Counted from the first letter of the stretch, positions 29,502 through 39,130 are shown. The stretch: DNA of 64,000 nucleotides from an uncultured Bdellovibrionales bacterium (GCA_964505555.1 CAZDIO010000102.1:13355-77354), one strand, 5' to 3'. The notes: a model not told the origin generated them from the sequence alone. Program-made: numbers and translations.

Positions 29502-29675
29502 TTAATTGCCGTGCATCGCGTTTTCCATCTCTGTTGCAGTATGTTCCAGATCTTGATTTAACGATTGGCCAAAGTTTGCAACTCCTGCCAAACAAACAAG
29601 CAACACAGAAGCTGCAAGTAGCAGATACTCAAGTAACGATGCTCCACGCTCGTTTTTTCGAATGTTCAATACCAT
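29502..29675 (-). CDS. flp: Flp/Fap-family type IVb prepilin (57 aa; below the ORF-track length cutoff)
   Basis: Manual translation of the minus strand gives MVLNIRKNERGASLLEYLLLAASVLLVCLAGVANFGQSLNQDLEHTATEMENAMHGN. It has the Flp signature G/ASxxEYxLL after a short basic leader. Confidence 0.55.
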   Translation of the reverse strand: MVLNIRKNERGASLLEYLLLAASVLLVCLAGVANFGQSLNQDLEHTATEMENAMHGN

Positions 29676-29822
29676 AACCTCTCCTTTCCGGTGGCTAACC
29701 CCCTTCCAGCCTTATTATGCACGCGAATGCCTAAGGAATTAATCGAGAAATTATGGGAAAATCTTTAGATAAACTTGAAATCTTTGAATTGAGAAAAATA
29801 CTTAACTTACTGAAATAACTAG

Positions 29823-30071
29823 TTAATTACTCCAGTACTGCCCACCCTTTTTAGTAACTCCCCGCCTAAACTGCCAATCTTTCCATGCAAAGGCGAGAAA
29901 AAACATCCCAGATACAATAAACAAACTAGCAACCATAGCCGCAAGAATCCGTGGAAACTCAAGGATCAGTAACCCAAGTGCCACAAAACAAATTCCGAGG
30001 GTGAAAAACATTGAAGTCAGCCCACCCCAAAAATTTGATGCTCTTTGAAAAAACACAACTTGTCGAAACAT
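29823..30071 (-). CDS. Small two-TM membrane protein, unknown function
   Basis: 82 aa with two hydrophobic helices. Confidence 0.3.
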   Translation of the reverse strand: MFRQVVFFQRASNFWGGLTSMFFTLGICFVALGLLILEFPRILAAMVASLFIVSGMFFLAFAWKDWQFRRGVTKKGGQYWSN

Positions 30072-30321
30072 CTTTTTATCTCTTACGTAATTAATCTATT
30101 TGAAGTCTGCTATCATCTCGTAAGCACCCCTTGGAAGATAAGGACGTAAGCCAACTTTGGCAAGAGCCGCACCAAGAAAAGCTCTCTTCTGAAGATAGCT
30201 GGGCAAACAGCATTTGATAAAAACTATCGTCAAATACGGTAAATCCGTCGCTACCCCTTCCTGTAGTAGCACTGGGTGTAGATAGAGATACTATCAAAAA
30301 GGGGGGTAAGTGTCATTCCTA

Positions 30322-30380
30322 CCCTTTGGGAATAACAAAGAGGCAGTGGGGTAGCGTTCTACCCTACTGCCTCTTTAATA
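30322..30380. terminator. Hairpin terminator downstream of the flagellin gene (probably bidirectional)
   Basis: A perfect 10-bp stem aagaggcagt/actgcctctt enclosing an inner sub-stem, followed by a T-rich tract on both strands. Confidence 0.5.
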
Positions 30381-30395
30381 GTCTTTTTTAATTGT

Positions 30396-31259
30396 CTACT
30401 GCAGCAACGTCAACGCCAAGGCTGGCTGTTGATTTGCTTGTGCTAATACTGAAGCACTTGCTTGCTGGAGAATATTTAGTCGCGTAAGTTCCGCCGCTTC
30501 GAACGCTACGTCAACGTCACGGATTCGACTTTCTGCAGCGAGGAAGTTTTCTCGAGCCACTTGCAAGTTACTAATCGCCACATTCAGCCGACTCTCGGTA
30601 GAACCCAATGTTCCTCGAGACGCTGTCAAACTTCCGATGGCGAGGTTAATAGCATCAAGAGCTGATCGTGCAGAGATCTGAGATTCATTCGCCGTTGCCG
30701 CCAAGATCGAAAACAACGGTATAGAACTCCCCTCAACTGCCAACCCAATTGATGCCAAGGTAGCAGAAACTGCAGAGTAGGATACCTGTGAGGTAGTCTG
30801 CCCATCAAACCCTACCTGAAACACCGTCTGTGCTCCTCCAGAGAGAAGGTTTACACCGTTAAATTCAGTTGTTAAGGCGATTCGCTCAATTTCGCTTGAG
30901 AGCGCGAGAAACTCTAAATGCAACGCAGAACGTTGGGTGTTACTAAATACACCGTTGGCTGATTGTTCAGCAAGCTCTGCAAGCCTTGTTAATACGTTTC
31001 CGATCTGCTCCATCGCACCGTCAGTAATGGAGATCATCGAAACACCATCGCTTGCGTTTCGTATGGCGACAGTAGCTACTCGAGAATCTGAACGCAGCTG
31101 ATCGGCGATCGCAAGTCCAGCAGCATCGTCTGATGCTTTGGTAATTCGCAAACCGGACGACAACCGCTCATAGGCTTTCTGTAAACGATCCGTTGTTGAA
31201 CTTAAGTTTCTCTGCGCAGTAAGCGAGGAAACGTTAGTCCGTATATTAATTGTACCCAT
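30396..31259 (-). CDS. fliC: Flagellin
   Basis: 287 aa. The N-terminal D0/D1 region (INIRTNVSSLTAQRNLSSTTDRLQKAYERLSSGLRITKASDDAAGLAIADQL) and the C-terminal helix (ESRIRDVDVAFEAAELTRLNILQQASASVLAQANQQP) are the canonical flagellin termini. Confidence 0.9.
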   Translation of the reverse strand: MGTINIRTNVSSLTAQRNLSSTTDRLQKAYERLSSGLRITKASDDAAGLAIADQLRSDSRVATVAIRNASDGVSMISITDGAMEQIGNVLTRLAELAEQSANGVFSNTQRSALHLEFLALSSEIERIALTTEFNGVNLLSGGAQTVFQVGFDGQTTSQVSYSAVSATLASIGLAVEGSSIPLFSILAATANESQISARSALDAINLAIGSLTASRGTLGSTESRLNVAISNLQVARENFLAAESRIRDVDVAFEAAELTRLNILQQASASVLAQANQQPALALTLLQ

Positions 31260-31485
31260 TTCTTACCCTCCTTGACACCCTTACACCTCCTCCGAGACCT
31301 CTACTACAACCGATACTGCTCCTAGGAACTCGATCCGTATCCAGCACGGAGATAGGTTTCAGCACTTTTGTGCATGTTAACCAATAAAACGCTCAAGATA
31401 TGTATCGCTAAACTGCTCTGACCAAACAGCTACTACCGTAAGACTACTCCTAGCACTTCTCGTGCCAGGTTTTGTGATCAGCGTC

Positions 31486-32490
31486 TTAGGCGATATTTTG
31501 AAATGGAGTTTCCCGTTTGAGTGCGGCTCGAAGTTCTGCAACACGCGTCACATAAGCCCGAGTACTCGCGGGTAAGTGCGGTTCGATGCTTTCAAAGTTT
31601 GTCGGATCTTTTCCTAAACGAAGTGCCTTCGCTTGTGCTTTTGCAACATTTCCTTCACCTGCGTTAAAGGCAGCGATGGCAAGTTTTTCCAAATCGTCGG
31701 CACTTTTAGCCGGCACGGTTTTTAATCCCGGTCTTAAAAATGTTTCTCGACTAAAAATGTCGTGGAGTTTTCGTAAATACCCCACTCCTAAGTGTGCATT
31801 GAGTCGGGGATCAAAGGGATCATAACCTGCAGGCATTTTGTAACGAACAAGCATCTCACTTGCGGTTTGATCCAGAAGCTGAAATAGCCCCTTTGTTTCA
31901 TGACCATCTTTACTCACCACATGTGGCCTCAGTGATGACTCTGCTTTCGCAACCGCAATACTTAGCTCAGGATCTACACCATGGTACTTCCCTGCTGTCT
32001 TAATAATCTCCTTTATATCCTGACGAGAGTAATCGCTATAAGGCTTAATACTTGCTCGATCTGGGTACACCCTCTTAGCGCTTACAAAAAGTGGGGTGAT
32101 CGGCTTTTCTACTTTTTCTACCGCTGATATTTTTTTGACACTCTCGCTCACCGGATTGACACGGAGCGAGGCATGAATAACCCCACTACTTCCACTTCCA
32201 GAAACTGCAGTAGCGTTCTTTATTAAGGGAGGAAGGTCTGCTTCAAGCATACCGTGCTCTTTGGTGTTAAGATTAGAAACTATCTCACCTGAAGGATTTA
32301 TGGAGGGTGTAGCTTGCTTTAAGTCTTCAGAAGGAGTTGATTTTGCAGCACGCTTTTCAATATCTGAAAGGAGCTCAGAGAAATCCTTCTGATTTGAGCC
32401 ATGGGTGGCCGTATCATTACCGGAGCGACCCCTTGGGGAGTCGATCCTGTTTTGATTTTTCTCGTAGCCTACATTAAATATCGTTGTCAT
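31486..32490 (-). CDS. Lytic transglycosylase (SLT domain) with an N-terminal low-complexity region
   Basis: SLT family-1 motifs AESSLRPHVVSKDGHETKGLFQLL and AFNAGEGNV in the C-terminal half. Adjacent to the flagellin gene. Confidence 0.6.
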   Translation of the reverse strand: MTTIFNVGYEKNQNRIDSPRGRSGNDTATHGSNQKDFSELLSDIEKRAAKSTPSEDLKQATPSINPSGEIVSNLNTKEHGMLEADLPPLIKNATAVSGSGSSGVIHASLRVNPVSESVKKISAVEKVEKPITPLFVSAKRVYPDRASIKPYSDYSRQDIKEIIKTAGKYHGVDPELSIAVAKAESSLRPHVVSKDGHETKGLFQLLDQTASEMLVRYKMPAGYDPFDPRLNAHLGVGYLRKLHDIFSRETFLRPGLKTVPAKSADDLEKLAIAAFNAGEGNVAKAQAKALRLGKDPTNFESIEPHLPASTRAYVTRVAELRAALKRETPFQNIA

Positions 32491-32578
32491 CTGAACTAAT
32501 CCTTCACACTACTAGTGGAGTATTAAAGGATAAGCACGATCCATACCAAACACTTCCTACTAAAAAAGGCAGTTTAAT

Positions 32579-33031
32579 ATGTCACATCACACAGCTGCGA
32601 TTTACTGGAAAAGAGCTACCCCCACATTTACCTACGATGCATATAACCGCGATCATGAGTGGCGCTTTGATAACGGAGTAAAAATAGCGGCATCAGCAAC
32701 CCAAGCCTATCGGGGTAATCCCGCTAACATCGATCCTGAAGAGGCGTATGTCGCCTCACTCTCAAGTTGCCACATGCTGACCTTCTTGGCGTTGTGTTCA
32801 AGAGCAAAGTTCGTTGTTGATACGTACGAAGACACCGCCGAAGGATTATTAGAAAAAAACGCCGCAGGAAAATTAGCGATCACCAAAGTTGTTTTGCGAC
32901 CAAAGATCACCTTTAGTGGAGACAAAGTTCCAAATAGTGCGGAACTAGAGAATCTCCATCACCGCTCCCATGAAGAGTGCTTCATTGCAAATTCCGTCAA
33001 CACAGTGGTGAGTGTTGAGGAGGCTAGCTAG
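32579..33031 (+). CDS. OsmC/Ohr-family peroxiredoxin-like protein
   Basis: 150 aa. Paired-cysteine OsmC fold signatures (LSSCHMLTFLALCS... ; ...ECFIANS). Confidence 0.7.
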   Translation: MSHHTAAIYWKRATPTFTYDAYNRDHEWRFDNGVKIAASATQAYRGNPANIDPEEAYVASLSSCHMLTFLALCSRAKFVVDTYEDTAEGLLEKNAAGKLAITKVVLRPKITFSGDKVPNSAELENLHHRSHEECFIANSVNTVVSVEEAS

Positions 33032-33063
33032 AGTTGCTCTACGTAACTTCTGGTCAATTTGGA

Positions 33064-33126
33064 TTGAACACAGAGTTTCACAGGGTTACACAGAGTAAAG
33101 ATTTTAAAATTCAACTCTGTGTTCAA
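33064..33126. repeat. Family A palindromic repeat, copy 1 (right arm truncated)
   Basis: ttgaacacagagtttcacagggttacacagagt + loop aaagattttaaaattca + actctgtgttcaa. It sits between convergent genes. Confidence 0.85.
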
Positions 33127-33171
33127 ATAAGATCGGAATGACCTTAGAGCTACCTTCATATTTCTTATTCA

Positions 33172-33408
33172 TTATATCCACTCTTTCATCAGTCGTTTGA
33201 TCTGACTCTGATACGGCACATTTTGTAGATCACATTTATGCCGAAACGCAGCAAGAAGGGTCTGGGGAATTTTTATACTAATGAGTTTACTCTTTTCTGG
33301 CCGTTCATTCATGAGCCGAAAATCTTCAAGAAAACGTGCTATTTCATCCGGAGAGAGCTTCTTTGAATGATGAAGATACTCTTTAGAAAAAAACTGAACA
33401 CTTTTCAT
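33172..33408 (-). CDS. BrnA/CopG-like small protein (putative antitoxin)
   Basis: 78 aa. The C-terminus ISIKIPQTLLAAFRHKCDLQNVPYQSQIKRLMKEWI resembles the BrnA (COG3514) ribbon-helix-helix antitoxin signature ...PYQTLI... Confidence 0.45.
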   Translation of the reverse strand: MKSVQFFSKEYLHHSKKLSPDEIARFLEDFRLMNERPEKSKLISIKIPQTLLAAFRHKCDLQNVPYQSQIKRLMKEWI

Positions 33409-33414
33409 CTCTTC

Positions 33415-33882
33415 TTACTCTCTACTTAATTCTTGTAGCGCTTCAATATCGGCGAGATCTTGTGGTCGACCCGCTTCTTGTTTCATTCGAATAAGATCTG
33501 ACAATGAAAGAAGGGAGATACTTGTTTGCTGAACCCGAACACGTTTTGTTCTTTGGGTCGAAAGATCATGGGTAATAATGATGTCAACAAGCTCTGCTGG
33601 AGTACGCGGATTTACAAAACTCCATGCAGTAAGGTTTCGATTCTTAATGTACTCCTTTCGAAATTTAAACACCTCTTTGGCGGTGATCGGAAGCTTTGCT
33701 TGAAGGCCGATACTATTTAGCGCCGCTTCCGCCTTTATAAACTGCTCCTCTTCAAAACGAAGAATAATGTCAATGTCGAGCGTTCCTCGTACCGCCCCAT
33801 GAAGAGATACGGCATATCCACCAACAAGTGCATACTTAACGTGGTTCGTATCTAAGGCCTTAATAACGCTTAAAAGAAACAT
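33415..33882 (-). CDS. Minimal nucleotidyltransferase-fold protein (MNT/AbiEii-like), possible TA component
   Basis: YALVGGYAVSLHGAVRGTLDIDIIL carries the GG...G-x-R-x-T-x-D-x-D pattern of pol-beta-type nucleotidyltransferases. Directly upstream of the BrnA-like gene. Confidence 0.45.
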   Translation of the reverse strand: MFLLSVIKALDTNHVKYALVGGYAVSLHGAVRGTLDIDIILRFEEEQFIKAEAALNSIGLQAKLPITAKEVFKFRKEYIKNRNLTAWSFVNPRTPAELVDIIITHDLSTQRTKRVRVQQTSISLLSLSDLIRMKQEAGRPQDLADIEALQELSRE

Positions 33883-33997
33883 GGTATATACTAGTATATA
33901 CCTAGAGCGTTATTAATACAATGCTTATTTTTTTGCTCCGTTATTTAGTTTAAATCCCATAACAAGGTAGCTGTACGGTATTTCATAAGGGGGTTTT

Positions 33998-34882
33998 ATG
34001 TCACGTTTTGCAGCGCTTCGCGCTATTGCTACGTCTGCGGGGGTAGACGGTCCAGGCACCTATCTTCCAAAAGTAATAGAGAAAATTCCGAGAGATCAAT
34101 TACACCTTCCAAATGCAGCGAGCGTCTCAGATCAAAGCGAACCAAATAATACCGAACAAAAAAGCATCATTGAGTGGAATAAAACCCCTCCTCCTGTTGT
34201 CGCTCAAGAAAACGTAAGAGGGGGTATCGAAATCGGGGCTGGTGAGGATCTTCAAAATCCGCAGGTATCTAATAAAGTCGCCACCGCCCAAAAAGCTTTA
34301 GCTCGTGTAAATGAAGTGCAAAAAGAGATCTGGTCAAATGCCCACCTCTGGAGCTCTCTTCCTAACGTTGATGATTTTAAAGAGAGAAGTTCTCAACAGA
34401 TTCAACAATTAACAAATGGCCTTACTAGTCCTGATCTCAGTGGGGTGTTTGCCGATTTAAATCAATCGGTACAGGAGAAGGCAAATAGGATTGAGCTCCG
34501 TCTAAAACAACTTGGAGTTGATCCAGCTGAGGCCGGTCATTGTAAGGAGCTGTTCTTAACAGTCGATCCGTTAAGTGGCTTTGCTAAAAACCTCCCGCAA
34601 GATAGCGCGGGACTAAAACAACAGTTGTCTCTAATGACCCCTGACTCAAGGCGGCTAGCCCTTCAAGCTTGGGTATCTAAAGAAACTGCAAAAGCACTCG
34701 AGCCAGTTGTGGGAAGGGAAAACTCTGCGCGGATTGAAACGATCTTACATCAACTGAGTTTTGAAGTTGATCGTTCGCTCGGACAGGTAGCAGCAACAAT
34801 TGCAGTTCGTCGAGAGTTTCCTGCTCAGACGCCCCATTTCATAACGAATGACGCGGTAAACCAGATGTGGGGAAAAAAGTAG
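33998..34882 (+). CDS. Hypothetical soluble protein, Gln/Ser/Pro-rich, no TM, no recognisable domain
   Basis: 294 aa. Low-complexity N-terminal third. Confidence 0.3.
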   Translation: MSRFAALRAIATSAGVDGPGTYLPKVIEKIPRDQLHLPNAASVSDQSEPNNTEQKSIIEWNKTPPPVVAQENVRGGIEIGAGEDLQNPQVSNKVATAQKALARVNEVQKEIWSNAHLWSSLPNVDDFKERSSQQIQQLTNGLTSPDLSGVFADLNQSVQEKANRIELRLKQLGVDPAEAGHCKELFLTVDPLSGFAKNLPQDSAGLKQQLSLMTPDSRRLALQAWVSKETAKALEPVVGRENSARIETILHQLSFEVDRSLGQVAATIAVRREFPAQTPHFITNDAVNQMWGKK

Positions 34883-35075
34883 CGCGGGAATGAATAGTAG
34901 TAAACCGGACCGTTTTAAGTTTGCAAGAACTTGTCTTTCTGTCGTTGCGATACCTAAAGTGGAACTGCTCTAGTCACATCTTATGAAAAATCAAAATTAC
35001 TTAATTACAGGAGACACATGTAGATAAAAAACAGCCATAACTATTAATGAAAGTTGATGATGTAAAGGTTACCAG

Positions 35076-35095
35076 TTACGAAAATTTTCGTAACC
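35076..35095. promoter_or_regulatory. Perfect 20-bp palindrome gttacgaaaattttcgtaac about 22 bp upstream of the start codon at 35118. Candidate operator.
   Basis: Read directly. It lies between the putative promoter and the RBS (agggggag) of the Cys-rich peptide gene. Confidence 0.4.
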
Positions 35096-35117
35096 ATAAT
35101 TTAGTAGGGGGAGATAT

Positions 35118-35306
35118 ATGAGACAGTTAATTAGCGCCTTTGTTCTCTTAAGCATGTTGATAGCGTTTTGTACTTCAAACGCTTTTGCGGCACATATTAG
35201 AGAAGAAACTTATTGCGTAAAGGATCTGGGGTGTTTTTCATGCATGGTGTCAGGCTTTATTGATAATCAGACAGGACGCATCATTGGTGGATGCTATCCT
35301 CTGTAG
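35118..35306 (+). CDS. Small secreted Cys-rich peptide (signal peptide plus a mature peptide of about 38 aa with four Cys)
   Basis: MRQLISAFVLLSMLIAFCTSNAFA | AHIREETYCVKDLGCFSCMVSGFIDNQTGRIIGGCYPL. Strong RBS. Confidence 0.35.
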   Translation: MRQLISAFVLLSMLIAFCTSNAFAAHIREETYCVKDLGCFSCMVSGFIDNQTGRIIGGCYPL

Positions 35307-35387
35307 ATTGTCAAAAAGAAAGCGTGTAGCGAACTGCCAAAAAAAACAGCGCCAGCTCTTTGAGGTCGCTGACGTTTCCTGAGATCA

Positions 35388-36614
35388 CTACATCCGAGAA
35401 ACCATTGCCTCAGCAAACCCTGAGCAGGACACCTCGGTCGGTTTCTCCATTCCTCGGGCAAGGTCGTATGTGACGATCCCCTCCCCGATTGTTTTAGCAA
35501 AGGAATCCTCAATAAGTTTTCCAACCTCTGTCCACCCAAGATGCTCAAACATCATCTTCCCAGAGAGCATTAACGAACCGGGGTTGACCTTATCCTTTCC
35601 TGCATACTTCGGAGCAGTACCGTGCGTTGCTTCAAAAATGGAGGCTTCAACACCGATATTTGCTCCCGGTGCAAGACCAAGTCCTCCAACTTGAGCAGCA
35701 AGTGCGTCAGAGAGATAATCTCCATTTAAGTTCGTGGTGGCGATTACTGAATAGTCCTTCGGTCGGGTTTGAACCTGTTGAAACATGTTATCTGCGATAC
35801 AGTCCTTAATGAGGATCTTCCCTGGTGGCACAGCTCCGTTATGATTTTTGTTTACCTCTTCTTCTGAGATCGTAAAGGGAGCAAACTTCTCTTTTGCAAG
35901 TTTATACCCCCACTCACGAAACCCTCCTTCGGTAAACTTCATAATATTACCTTTGTGAACAAGGGTAACACTGGTGCATCTCATCGCCACCGCATACTCA
36001 ATGGCCATCGCAATTAATCTTTTTGAACCAAACTCACTAATCGGTTTAATCCCTATCGCACTCCCCTCTCGAATTTTTTTCCCTGAGATCTCTTCAATAG
36101 TTTGTGCGAGTTTTTTTGCCTCAGCGCTTCCGGCCTGAAATTCAATCCCCGCATAGACATCTTCTGTGTTTTCGCGAAAGACGATCATGTTTACATCTTG
36201 AGGACGTTTTGCTGGACTAGGCACTCCAGGAAAATATCGAATTGGCCGCACACAAGCGTAGAGATCAAGAACTTGACGAAGCGTTACATTAATTGAACGC
36301 ACCCCTCCCCCAACCGGTGTTGTGAGCGGACCTTTGATCGCAACTTTGTGTTCCTTAATGGCTGTTAAGGTATCATCTGGAAGCCAATTCCCGGTTTGAT
36401 TAAAGGATTTCTCTCCTGCAAGAATCTCAACCCAGGTAACTGATCTCTTTCCTTGAAAGGCACGTTTTATTGCAGCATCAAACACCATCTGTGAAGCTCG
36501 CCACACATCGGGTCCAACCCCGTCCCCTTCAATGTATGGGATCAGCACCTGGTCAGGAACTCGCAACTTCCCTCCCTCACCAAGTGTTATTTTCTGTGCG
36601 CTTCCTTCAGCCAT
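35388..36614 (-). CDS. icd: NADP-dependent isocitrate dehydrogenase (homodimeric prokaryotic type)
   Basis: 408 aa. N-terminus [31 protein letters not shown] and the isocitrate/isopropylmalate dehydrogenase C-terminal region [27 protein letters not shown]. Confidence 0.9.
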   Translation of the reverse strand: MAEGSAQKITLGEGGKLRVPDQVLIPYIEGDGVGPDVWRASQMVFDAAIKRAFQGKRSVTWVEILAGEKSFNQTGNWLPDDTLTAIKEHKVAIKGPLTTPVGGGVRSINVTLRQVLDLYACVRPIRYFPGVPSPAKRPQDVNMIVFRENTEDVYAGIEFQAGSAEAKKLAQTIEEISGKKIREGSAIGIKPISEFGSKRLIAMAIEYAVAMRCTSVTLVHKGNIMKFTEGGFREWGYKLAKEKFAPFTISEEEVNKNHNGAVPPGKILIKDCIADNMFQQVQTRPKDYSVIATTNLNGDYLSDALAAQVGGLGLAPGANIGVEASIFEATHGTAPKYAGKDKVNPGSLMLSGKMMFEHLGWTEVGKLIEDSFAKTIGEGIVTYDLARGMEKPTEVSCSGFAEAMVSRM

Positions 36615-36657
36615 GAATTCTCCTTTCCAAGAGCGGTGCTAAGTTTTATCAGCCCCG

Positions 36658-38235
36658 CTAAACGCTACGATTCCTTTCTCGTTTTCTTTTCCAAGTTTCA
36701 AAGTCTACTACCGCAATTTTTTTTGCAAGCTCCTCACGAACACATCCTTCAACCGCTTCATGAAGACTTCTTCGATCAAGAGCGGTTTTTAAGCAGTTCA
36801 TCTTCTTTTCAACCTGATCATAGAGGTTTGAAAGAGACTCAGAAGAGAGTGTTTTTCGATAGCGATCGACTTCGGTAGAGAGGTATTCCTGATACTCTTT
36901 TTTCTCAACTGGATTGGCCTCTCCCCGCCCGCTAGAGATTGGGGCTTTTGGAAAGTCCCGCCCAGTATTTTTAAGGATTTTCTCTTCAAAACTCCGGGGA
37001 ATAATGAATTTATGTGGAGTTTCTACTGCCCGATAGAGAAAACCTACCCGATTTTTTGAGACTTTCGTATCATTTGTTTGCACAAGAAAATCGTAATAGG
37101 AGATGATTTTATCAACTTGTAAAAGTTCTGCGGCGTTTTTTTCACTGAGCAGCCGTTTTGCTTGCGAGAGATGAATGCCTCGCGAAAGCAGAGCTTCAAT
37201 GGCTCCTTGTCGTTGTGATTCTAGATCAGTAGAACTGCGTTGGGAGGAATCTTTTTGAAAAACAGGGGGCGAAGAAAGGATAAAGCTTCCTTGCTGCGTG
37301 TGATTTCTAGGAAGAGGGCTCTCTGTTTGCTGGAGATGTTTTTGAGATACGATCTCTTTTCCGGAATGAAAGCGCACAACGGTCTCTACGCCCCTACCTG
37401 CAAACTCATAACTTGAGAGAAACCCAAGCGCTTTTAACTCCTCGCACGCTGGTTCAATTTGTTGCTTAATCTGGGAGATGTATTGATAACTTCGAGAAAG
37501 TCCTAACTTCTCAAAGGCAAAGGTAACAAGTGGTTTTTCAATACTTGATTTGTAGTAAAAATGCTTATCAAGATACCGGTAGAGCCTTCGACTTACAGCA
37601 CTTCGAAGTGAGAAATAAAGGGTTAAATCAAGCTTTTTTATAAACCCTGATTTAAAAGAATGAAAAAGTGCCTCACTCCAAATAAAATAACTCTTTGAAG
37701 CCTCAGCCCCAGAGAGGGCTTTGTTCCCTCGCCCATCGTTTATTTCGTAGGCATCGATAATTCCGAAATTTCTTGTTTGATAGGCTTTTGAAGCATTATC
37801 AAAAAACGCATTTGCTGCCCGAATTCGAACCCCGCTTAAGCGATCAAGTGATTTTGTAAGGCGGGAGTAGCTTCGCCCTTCTGTGGTCCAGCGTAAGATT
37901 CCTAAAAGCTCATACCGGGTAAAATATACCTTTCGGTTTCGAAACCCTTGATCCATCGTTAACCGCATCAAGCCAAGAAGGACATCATCATCCGTAGCGG
38001 TGGGGAGTCCAAACTTGTCTGCCCCGGTAATAATCCACTGGCGTTCAATCACCTCCCCACTGGGGAGCCGTTGGTTGTCACGAAACTCAAGGGTTTTTAC
38101 CTTTGAGTTTGTGCGTGTCGAGAGAACCGCGAGGGGAAACTCTGCAAGGTTCATCTCATCACGTGAGGTAAGCACTACCTCGGATGAGGAGACTTCACGA
38201 TCTTCGGCTCTTTGTTGGTAGAGGGTTTGCTGCAT
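36658..38235 (-). CDS. Replication initiator protein A (RepA/RPA-family)-like protein
   Basis: The N-terminal region NLAEFPLAVLSTRTNSKVKTLEFRDNQRLPSGEVIERQWIITGADKFGLPTATDDDVLLGLMRLT resembles plasmid RepA-family initiators. It faces a 900-bp non-coding region followed by parAB. Confidence 0.5.
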   Translation of the reverse strand: MQQTLYQQRAEDREVSSSEVVLTSRDEMNLAEFPLAVLSTRTNSKVKTLEFRDNQRLPSGEVIERQWIITGADKFGLPTATDDDVLLGLMRLTMDQGFRNRKVYFTRYELLGILRWTTEGRSYSRLTKSLDRLSGVRIRAANAFFDNASKAYQTRNFGIIDAYEINDGRGNKALSGAEASKSYFIWSEALFHSFKSGFIKKLDLTLYFSLRSAVSRRLYRYLDKHFYYKSSIEKPLVTFAFEKLGLSRSYQYISQIKQQIEPACEELKALGFLSSYEFAGRGVETVVRFHSGKEIVSQKHLQQTESPLPRNHTQQGSFILSSPPVFQKDSSQRSSTDLESQRQGAIEALLSRGIHLSQAKRLLSEKNAAELLQVDKIISYYDFLVQTNDTKVSKNRVGFLYRAVETPHKFIIPRSFEEKILKNTGRDFPKAPISSGRGEANPVEKKEYQEYLSTEVDRYRKTLSSESLSNLYDQVEKKMNCLKTALDRRSLHEAVEGCVREELAKKIAVVDFETWKRKRERNRSV

Positions 38236-39130
38236 GAAAAAAAATGAAACAAAAAAATTTTAAATTAACTTCAAGTCGTTTGTTATTTTGGTACAACGTA
38301 CATCATAGTTCTTCAACAAGAAGTTTTTTTATAAGTACGTACGTTAGGAGAGAAATTATTCAATCTTTCTAGTAAGTTAAGCCAGAAAATTTCTTTCGAT
38401 TCCCGAATCTTTTGGGCTCAGATCACGATGGACTTGAAGTCAATTCACTTGAGCACTTATCTCATTTCATGAGATTTTTATTCTCCTGCCTAACTTTCTT
38501 ACTTCGACTCTCGACATTGTGAAACCAAAAGCGCGAGATTTTTATGTAAGGCTCTCTGGAGCCTCTAACATGAGTCAGATAGCCAAACATTCCGGAGAAA
38601 ACGGTAGGTGGTCACGGTCATTAAGTTAGTTCCTGTCCATAAAAGCCAATTTTGAGTCCAAGGTCGATTGAACGGCCACTACTTCTAAACTTACTCTGTG
38701 GTTTTATAAAATCTTCTTTCAGACCCTTAATGACCGTGGGTAAGAAACTCTATTTTAGTAAAGTCTCTTAGTTCATTACTCGAACCCTTATTTCAATACA
38801 CGCCTATTTGACCATTTTTGGTTATTCCATTTCACGAACAGCAGCCAAACAAAAACCACAAGATATTCTAACATATTGAAATTATTAATATAATCAGATA
38901 TTCGTGGTTTAATTGACCTCCAAAGATCGCATTATTCTGGGAATGTTCGAGCTTCGAAATAAGTACTGATCACGTTTATAAGCGAGCTTTTGAAAGATGA
39001 TTATTTCAAAGCACGCTACTTTTTGGCCACTAGGTAGGTTTCTTTACTGTTTGGAAGCTTTAGTTTAAACCAGTTATTGTTTAATTTAACCTCTGCCAAA
39101 ATCTCAACTCTTGAGTAACGAAGCTGTAAG
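38236..39130. promoter_or_regulatory. About 900-bp AT-rich non-coding region between the RepA-like gene and parA. Candidate replication origin / partition site region.
   Basis: No ORF of 60 aa or more on either strand. Contains the inverted repeat ggtcacggtcattaag (38611-38626) / cttaatgaccgtgggtaag (38726-38744) and several A/T tracts. Confidence 0.4.

Noticed and set aside
29474-29677. Plus-strand 67-aa ORF 29474..29677 from the ORF track.
   Set aside because: It overlaps, in antisense, the much better-supported Flp-pilin reading frame on the minus strand. It has no motif.
31260-31485. A search for a sigma-28 (TAAA-N15-GCCGATAA) or sigma-54 (GG-N10-GC) promoter upstream of the flagellin gene.
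   Set aside because: No convincing match found by eye on the relevant strand. A promoter surely exists but cannot be placed without computation.
38236-39130. A search for canonical parS (TGTTTCACGTGAAACA) or DnaA boxes (TTATCCACA) in the RepA-parA intergenic region.
   Set aside because: Only partial half-sites were found (for example atttcacgaac at about 38826, tgtgaaacc at about 38518). The family A repeat arms contain GTTTCAC/GTGAAAC but not as an adjacent palindrome. No confident site call can be made.
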